Assembly (NCBI GenBank): GCA_963665275.2
Contig: CAXXIN010000003.1
Location: 64,001-128,000 of the forward strand
Source of the DNA: Negativicutes bacterium
GTDB taxonomy: Bacteria > Bacillota > Negativicutes > UBA1444
DNA length: 64,000 nt
Direction of reading: 5' to 3'
The position numbers were made by a program, and so were the translations under genes. The notes below the pieces were generated by a model that had not been told where the DNA came from, ran no database searches, and worked only from the letters and a program-made list of their open reading frames with translations. Within the stretch, counting starts at the first letter, position 1. The number at the start of each line of letters is the position of its first letter. Shown here piece by piece: positions 59,019-64,000 of the stretch.

Positions 59019-59125
59019 CCCTTTTCTCTTCCTGCATATTCGTCCGATCCAAGGAGGAAGAATAGCAACAATTGCAGAATTAAAAAGGGTGAGAATCGGG
59101 AAATAACTTCAACGGGCGGTGAAAA

Positions 59126-59482
59126 ATGGACATCAAGGACAGTGGAAACAGGACAGAGTTCGAATCCGGAGCTGTGAGAGATTTACACGCAGGGAAAGGA
59201 CGCTATGATTTGATTCCATGGGACGCAATTCACGAACTGGCGATTCATTGTGAGCAAGGCGCCAAAAAATACGGCGAGAGAAACTGTGAAAAAGGCATTC
59301 CAATTCACTCTTTGATCGACAGTGCTATCAGGCATTTATCCTGTTATCTGAGAGGGATGAAAGACGAACCGCACCTACGGGCAGCGCTGTGGAACATTGC
59401 CTTTGCGATTTGGATGGAGAAAAACCGACCTGATATGCAAGACATCCCCGCCAGAATGTCGCCGAAAGAGAATGCCGATTGA
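59126..59482 (+). CDS. dATP/dGTP diphosphohydrolase-domain (DUF5664-like) protein
   Basis: GAVRD...GKGRYDLIP...GAKKYGERN.EKG...DSA.RHL...EPHL.AA.WN. Confidence 0.8.
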   Translation: MDIKDSGNRTEFESGAVRDLHAGKGRYDLIPWDAIHELAIHCEQGAKKYGERNCEKGIPIHSLIDSAIRHLSCYLRGMKDEPHLRAALWNIAFAIWMEKNRPDMQDIPARMSPKENAD

Positions 59483-59506
59483 ATAAGAAGCCACCAACTT
59501 GCTATT

Positions 59507-59558
59507 AGCACAATAAAAGGCCATGCTTTTCAATGCAAGCATGGCCTTTTATTGTGCT
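59507..59558. terminator. Bidirectional terminator-like long inverted repeat
   Basis: agcacaataaaaggccatgctt...aagcatggccttttattgtgct between convergent genes. Confidence 0.8.
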
Positions 59559-59608
59559 TCTGGTAATCAGGTGGTTTCATGCATAGGTGACTGGGCCGTC
59601 AGCTTTTT

Positions 59609-60418
59609 TTATCGTATTGGAAGGAAAAAACGCAAGCCCAAATTGTCCGTGAGCAGCATTTTAACCACGGCCAAGTATTCCCGCACGGCATAATTCAACA
59701 TGATTGTACTGGGCGTTTCTGCTGCCAGACCATATACTTTGGCATAATATTTCCCGGCAATATACTTGGATCGAAACATATGATAGTCACTGGTAACGAT
59801 CAGTATATCCCGCATTTGCTTGCCGTCCATCCTGTCGAGCAGTTCTCTCGTATTTTTTAAATTCTCATCACTCGATTTCGATTGGTCTTCTTTCAAGATC
59901 CGGATTGCAGCGATCCCATGAGAGACCAGATAACGCTGCATGACTTCCGCTTCAGTCATATTTGCCTCGGACCCCATCCCGCCCGAGACTACTACTTTCG
60001 CATCGGGATGCAGAACCAGATATTCGATTCCCTTGTCTAGTCTTCTTTTGAGCGTTAAAGAAGGCTGGTCCCGTTGGACCCCCGCCCCAAGTATGACTGT
60101 ATATTCCACCGCAACTTTGTCATTGGTGTGCAAAGACTGATAAACAAGCGCCTCAACCCAAATAAAAGATACTATCCCCAGCAATATCAACAGCGACATC
60201 AACTTGTTGGCCAGCGACAATACAAAGTGGGGGCTTCGATGAAGGGCATCCAGGGTAATGCCGTAAACCAGTAAAAACAGCCCGGTCACCATCGTCCCAA
60301 CCGTGACAAACGTCAGTCCAAACCGAAAATATACCATACCCATACCAAGCAGTACTATGCCAACACCCATCGCTACCATAGATAATCCGAGTTTTGAATT
60401 ATTAATTCGCAGTTTCAT
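59609..60418 (-). CDS. YdcF/ElyC (DUF218) family membrane protein
   Basis: ILGAG, VVSGG.G, EA..M, EN, VTSDYHMFR. Confidence 0.88.
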   Translation of the reverse strand: MKLRINNSKLGLSMVAMGVGIVLLGMGMVYFRFGLTFVTVGTMVTGLFLLVYGITLDALHRSPHFVLSLANKLMSLLILLGIVSFIWVEALVYQSLHTNDKVAVEYTVILGAGVQRDQPSLTLKRRLDKGIEYLVLHPDAKVVVSGGMGSEANMTEAEVMQRYLVSHGIAAIRILKEDQSKSSDENLKNTRELLDRMDGKQMRDILIVTSDYHMFRSKYIAGKYYAKVYGLAAETPSTIMLNYAVREYLAVVKMLLTDNLGLRFFLPIR

Positions 60419-60538
60419 AATAAGCTAATTTCAACGACAAACTCTTTTCCCCTTCCAAGAAAGGGGCTTTCTCAAAATTGGTTTTTCCCTGATTGAGACA
60501 GCCCGCGTTTATTACTTGAAAAACAATCACGGCATACT

Positions 60539-61504
60539 CTACAAAGTGTCCTTTAAATAATCAATCAGCAACCGCGTTCGTCTTTTCGCACCCAAGTCAT
60601 TCAAATGATACGCTGTATCATAGATATACTCAGGTCCATATGCAACTTCATCAAATTTACCTAATACTTTAATGCCCCTTGTTTGCCAAAATCGATCAAT
60701 TTGCGCAATAGTTTTTGAGGTGGTACTGGAAAAATAAGCTTTGTTATATAAAATTGGAGGGTATGTAACCAAAATAGTAATATTTCGATGACTGCACCAA
60801 ACCACGAAACTATCCAGCAAATTCCATGATTTTGACTCTTTGCTTATGCCATGCGTTAGATGTTTGAGTGGGATAAAACGCAATATTGCTTCACGAGTTG
60901 GAGCATTTTCATGCTTATTGTTGCTTTCATCGCCATTTTCATTGAGCGTCCATGATTGGTAACCGTCAGTGGAATATGCATCAGGCACAATAAACTTGCT
61001 TTTTATCCCTTTAGCTAAGCGTATTATATCTGTGCCAAACACAAACTGCGTTATTTCCAAAGCAGGTCTTTTTTGCAAATACGCCAGATCTCTTGAAAAA
61101 ACATAGTCGATCAAAACATTGTCGGGCGTTCCCTGATCATCATATAGACTATACTCCAATGGCAATATAATGATATCTCTCGGGTGAGCAACCGACTTGG
61201 TTTGTTCCAAAATATAATTCAGCTGCAAACCAGCACTTACCGCCATGTTTATGGTCGGTATTTGCAGTTCATTCTCGATGGTTTTTGCATTCACCCCAAA
61301 CAAAGCACTTGACCCAGCAACGATCAGAATCTTGGGTTCAGTGATCTTACTTGCATTAGTAGTCTTTTGGATAATGCTCTCATGTATCCATCGTGAACTC
61401 TCGGTGGGTGCTCCCAACTGCGCATATGCAAGAATACACCAAAGTACGCTTGACAACAGTATAGACCCCACAAAGAAACCATAAAACTGTACAGACTTAT
61501 TCAT
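60539..61504 (-). CDS. SGNH-like partner of MBOAT acyltransferase
   Basis: N-terminal TM, AGSS nucleophile block, DTAYH (DxxH). Confidence 0.65.
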   Translation of the reverse strand: MNKSVQFYGFFVGSILLSSVLWCILAYAQLGAPTESSRWIHESIIQKTTNASKITEPKILIVAGSSALFGVNAKTIENELQIPTINMAVSAGLQLNYILEQTKSVAHPRDIIILPLEYSLYDDQGTPDNVLIDYVFSRDLAYLQKRPALEITQFVFGTDIIRLAKGIKSKFIVPDAYSTDGYQSWTLNENGDESNNKHENAPTREAILRFIPLKHLTHGISKESKSWNLLDSFVVWCSHRNITILVTYPPILYNKAYFSSTTSKTIAQIDRFWQTRGIKVLGKFDEVAYGPEYIYDTAYHLNDLGAKRRTRLLIDYLKDTL

Positions 61505-61521
61505 GGCACATCACACCCGCC

Positions 61522-63012
61522 TTAAAAATTAAAATAAAGAAACTCACTTGGCGCCGCCTCTGCAATAATTTTCAACGCAAGAAAAAAACCTATACCCAAA
61601 AGTACAGGGACATATGTGGAATAGTCTTGACTATCGCTTTTGCGCTCACCCATTCCTATTGGGGAAGAATAATTGCATAATTTTTGAATATTGGGCATAC
61701 TCACAACTGCAAGAAGCAACACAAATAACGCGAAAAAAGAAGCGCTTGCTTTCCAGTTCGGCGGCAGTAACTCAAGCCTCGCAAAAGGAAAACCCCATTG
61801 ATAAACAAAAGGCATTTTCTCTAAAAAACTAGGCAAAACAATCCCATTTGCACCAGACATACCAATTAAAATAGCGATAGCCTCCTGCAAATTATTGGCC
61901 CTGAAAATAACCCACGCAATTACAATGCACACAAATGTAAGTCCCCAAGACAACCCGTTGGGAAGAGATATATTTAATCTGCGCCAACTATGGTTGATCA
62001 CCAAGTAACAGCCGTGCAAAGCTCCCCATACAACAAACGTCCATCCTGCACCATGCCAAAGTCCTCCAATAAGCATTGTAACAAACAAGTTTATCATACG
62101 CTTTTGGCTCCCGTTTCGGTTTCCCCCCAGAGGGATATACAAATAATTTTTCAAAAACTCAGAAAGAGTAATATGCCACCTCTGCCAAAACTCGCGAATA
62201 GACAACGATTGATAAGGAGAATTAAAGTTTATTGGCAGTTTCAAATTGAACATTAATCCAAGTCCGATTGCCATCTCCGAATACGCGGAAAAATCAAAGT
62301 ATAATTGCAAAGTATAACTAAGAGCACCAAACCATCCTTCAACAAAAGATACATTCATTGGATTGTCAAAAACAGGTTTAACCCATACTGCCAAAGTGTC
62401 TGCAATAAGAGTCTTTTTAATTAACCCAACGCTAAAAAATATGATTCCTTTTATCATATTTTCATGCGAGAAAATAAAATTTTTGGGATCAGAAAATTGA
62501 GGGATCATATGTTTGTGATATAGGATCGGTCCTGCTATTAAATGGGGAAACACGGTTACAAATAGACTATACGTTAACAAATTGTTTCGTTGAGTTTCTC
62601 CCCGATACGCATCAACCAAATAAGCAATCTGTGTAAATGTAAAAAATGAAATTCCTAAAGGCAAAATTACCTCAGGGACAAAAAGAGAAAGCCCGGCAAC
62701 ATCATTAAAGGATCGTATGAAGAAACCAATGTATTTAAACCAACACAGTAAGGATAAATTAACTATGACCGCAATTGCTAAAACCCTTTTCGCTCGTTTT
62801 TTTTCTATAAACTGACCTATAACATAATTAAAGATTATCGACCCCACTAACAGGGGCAAATAGCGAATATCCCAATAGGAATAAAACGCCAATGAGGCTA
62901 CTACCAAAAACATTGTCGCATAGTAGGTCTGTTTTAATTTGGCGAGCAAAAAAAACGTCATCAATACAATAGGCAGAAACACAAAAATAAATTCAAATGA
63001 ATTAAACAACAT
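61522..63012 (-). CDS. MBOAT O-acyltransferase (AlgI/DltB-like)
   Basis: MLFNSFEF start, LPLGISFFTF, YFDFSAY, FWQRWHITLS, GLWHGA. Confidence 0.92.
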   Translation of the reverse strand: MLFNSFEFIFVFLPIVLMTFFLLAKLKQTYYATMFLVVASLAFYSYWDIRYLPLLVGSIIFNYVIGQFIEKKRAKRVLAIAVIVNLSLLCWFKYIGFFIRSFNDVAGLSLFVPEVILPLGISFFTFTQIAYLVDAYRGETQRNNLLTYSLFVTVFPHLIAGPILYHKHMIPQFSDPKNFIFSHENMIKGIIFFSVGLIKKTLIADTLAVWVKPVFDNPMNVSFVEGWFGALSYTLQLYFDFSAYSEMAIGLGLMFNLKLPINFNSPYQSLSIREFWQRWHITLSEFLKNYLYIPLGGNRNGSQKRMINLFVTMLIGGLWHGAGWTFVVWGALHGCYLVINHSWRRLNISLPNGLSWGLTFVCIVIAWVIFRANNLQEAIAILIGMSGANGIVLPSFLEKMPFVYQWGFPFARLELLPPNWKASASFFALFVLLLAVVSMPNIQKLCNYSSPIGMGERKSDSQDYSTYVPVLLGIGFFLALKIIAEAAPSEFLYFNF

Positions 63013-63105
63013 AAATTGCCTGCATCTTCCTTTTCTCCAGCGTAGCCGGAACTGGCACACCCAGTCCCCGCTATCAGTTTTATCCATAGCAAACACTTTT
63101 TTAGA

Positions 63106-64000
63106 GGCAGATGTACAATCCAAGTGCAACACCGATGAAAAAATAGAGACTCATCGTAAGGGATCCGCTAAAATGGTAGCTACCACACAACCAACGAAGC
63201 GGAGGAACCCAAACGATGAGCTACCACCATCTTACCATAGCTGAGCGGGAAGACGTAAGAGTCTTACTTGAGCAAGGAATGAGTCAGCGATTTATTGCGC
63301 GACATCTCGGACGCAGTCCGGCAACTATTTGCCGCGAAATTAACCGCAACCAGTCGTCAGCGAATACTTATCGCGCTCACGAAGCACAAGATCGGTATCT
63401 GAGGGTACGCCAGGTCTGTAAATCAGCAAGGAAAGTGCTTCGACCGGAACTTTACCATGATATTGTCAACGGCTTGGAATTGTATTGGGCACCGGAACAG
63501 ATTATCGGGCGTTTGCAATTGCCTATTTCCACGAGCACGATTTATCGCGCATTGTGGAACGGTTTGCTACCTCAAATACTGGTGCCAAAACTAAGACGGG
63601 GCGGGCACCGGTCCAAAGGATCTGCGGAACGGCGAGGAAAAATATCCGGGTGCACCTCCATCGAAGAGCGCCCTGCTATCGCTGCGCAGAGGCAGCGAGT
63701 TGGCGATTGGGAGGACGACACTGTTTGTGGATCCCATGGAACTGGGCATATTTTAACCCTGGTGGACCGGGCTACTTCATTTCTGGTAGCCAGCAAGATG
63801 AAAAACAGAATGGCTGAAACGGTGTCACGCTCGATGAGTTCTAAGCTGGCTGGACTTTGCTGTCATACCCTAACCTTGGATAATGGCAATGGATTCGCTA
63901 AGTTCAATGATATCCAGACCAACTTGAACACAAAGATTTACTTTGCCCATCCACATAGTCCGTGGGAACGCCCCCTCAATGAACATACGAATGGATTGTT
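63106..64000 (+). mobile_element. IS30-family element (runs off right edge)
   Basis: Left end ggcagatgtacaatccaagtgcaaca; transposase follows. Confidence 0.8.
63216..64000 (+). CDS. IS30-family transposase (partial)
   Basis: Own translation MSYHHLTIAER...IARHLGRSPATICREINRN...WAPEQI...GDWEDDT...TLDNG...HSPWER..NE.TNGL. Confidence 0.9.
   Translation, partial: MSYHHLTIAEREDVRVLLEQGMSQRFIARHLGRSPATICREINRNQSSANTYRAHEAQDRYLRVRQVCKSARKVLRPELYHDIVNGLELYWAPEQIIGRLQLPISTSTIYRALWNGLLPQILVPKLRRGGHRSKGSAERRGKISGCTSIEERPAIAAQRQRVGDWEDDTVCGSHGTGHILTLVDRATSFLVASKMKNRMAETVSRSMSSKLAGLCCHTLTLDNGNGFAKFNDIQTNLNTKIYFAHPHSPWERPLNEHTNGL

Noticed and set aside
58440-59600. Prophage around the DUF5664-like gene
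   Set aside because: No integrase, structural or replication phage genes nearby.

Overview
The window looks like the chromosome of an anaerobic Firmicute, probably Negativicutes-like (inferred from gene content) and has three parts. (1) 1-17.4 kb is an AT-rich plastic zone directly downstream of the selC (tRNA-Sec) locus. It holds about 18 unrelated small cassette-like genes (GNATs, two vat-like acetyltransferases, ankyrin, PLD, NTF2-like, lipoproteins, transporters, Ntn-hydrolase), mostly co-oriented with selC. They are punctuated by six co-oriented copies of a ~34-bp palindrome, by paired integrase-arm-like repeats, by local duplications and truncations, and by a class IIC group II intron sitting at one palindrome. 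(2) 17.4-23.7 kb is a degraded island in selC: 66-bp direct repeat, integrase remnant and an internal tRNA-Ala(GGC) relic. It carries an intact HEPN-like + P-loop ATPase/alpha-CTD-like + HNH three-gene candidate defence operon and a broken PHP-ATPase (Ppl/TrlF-like) gene. (3) 23.7-64 kb is mostly core metabolism: B12-riboswitch cbiLKMNQO, a PLP/M20/MFS operon, an IS256-interrupted MCP with a c-di-GMP-I riboswitch, radical SAM-dmsD-dmsABC, a TRAP/split-transketolase/GarR sugar-acid operon, serS, 2-oxoacid:ferredoxin oxidoreductase, UDG, an MBOAT/SGNH pair and an IS30 at the right edge. All family calls come from motif recognition by eye; no database searches were run.
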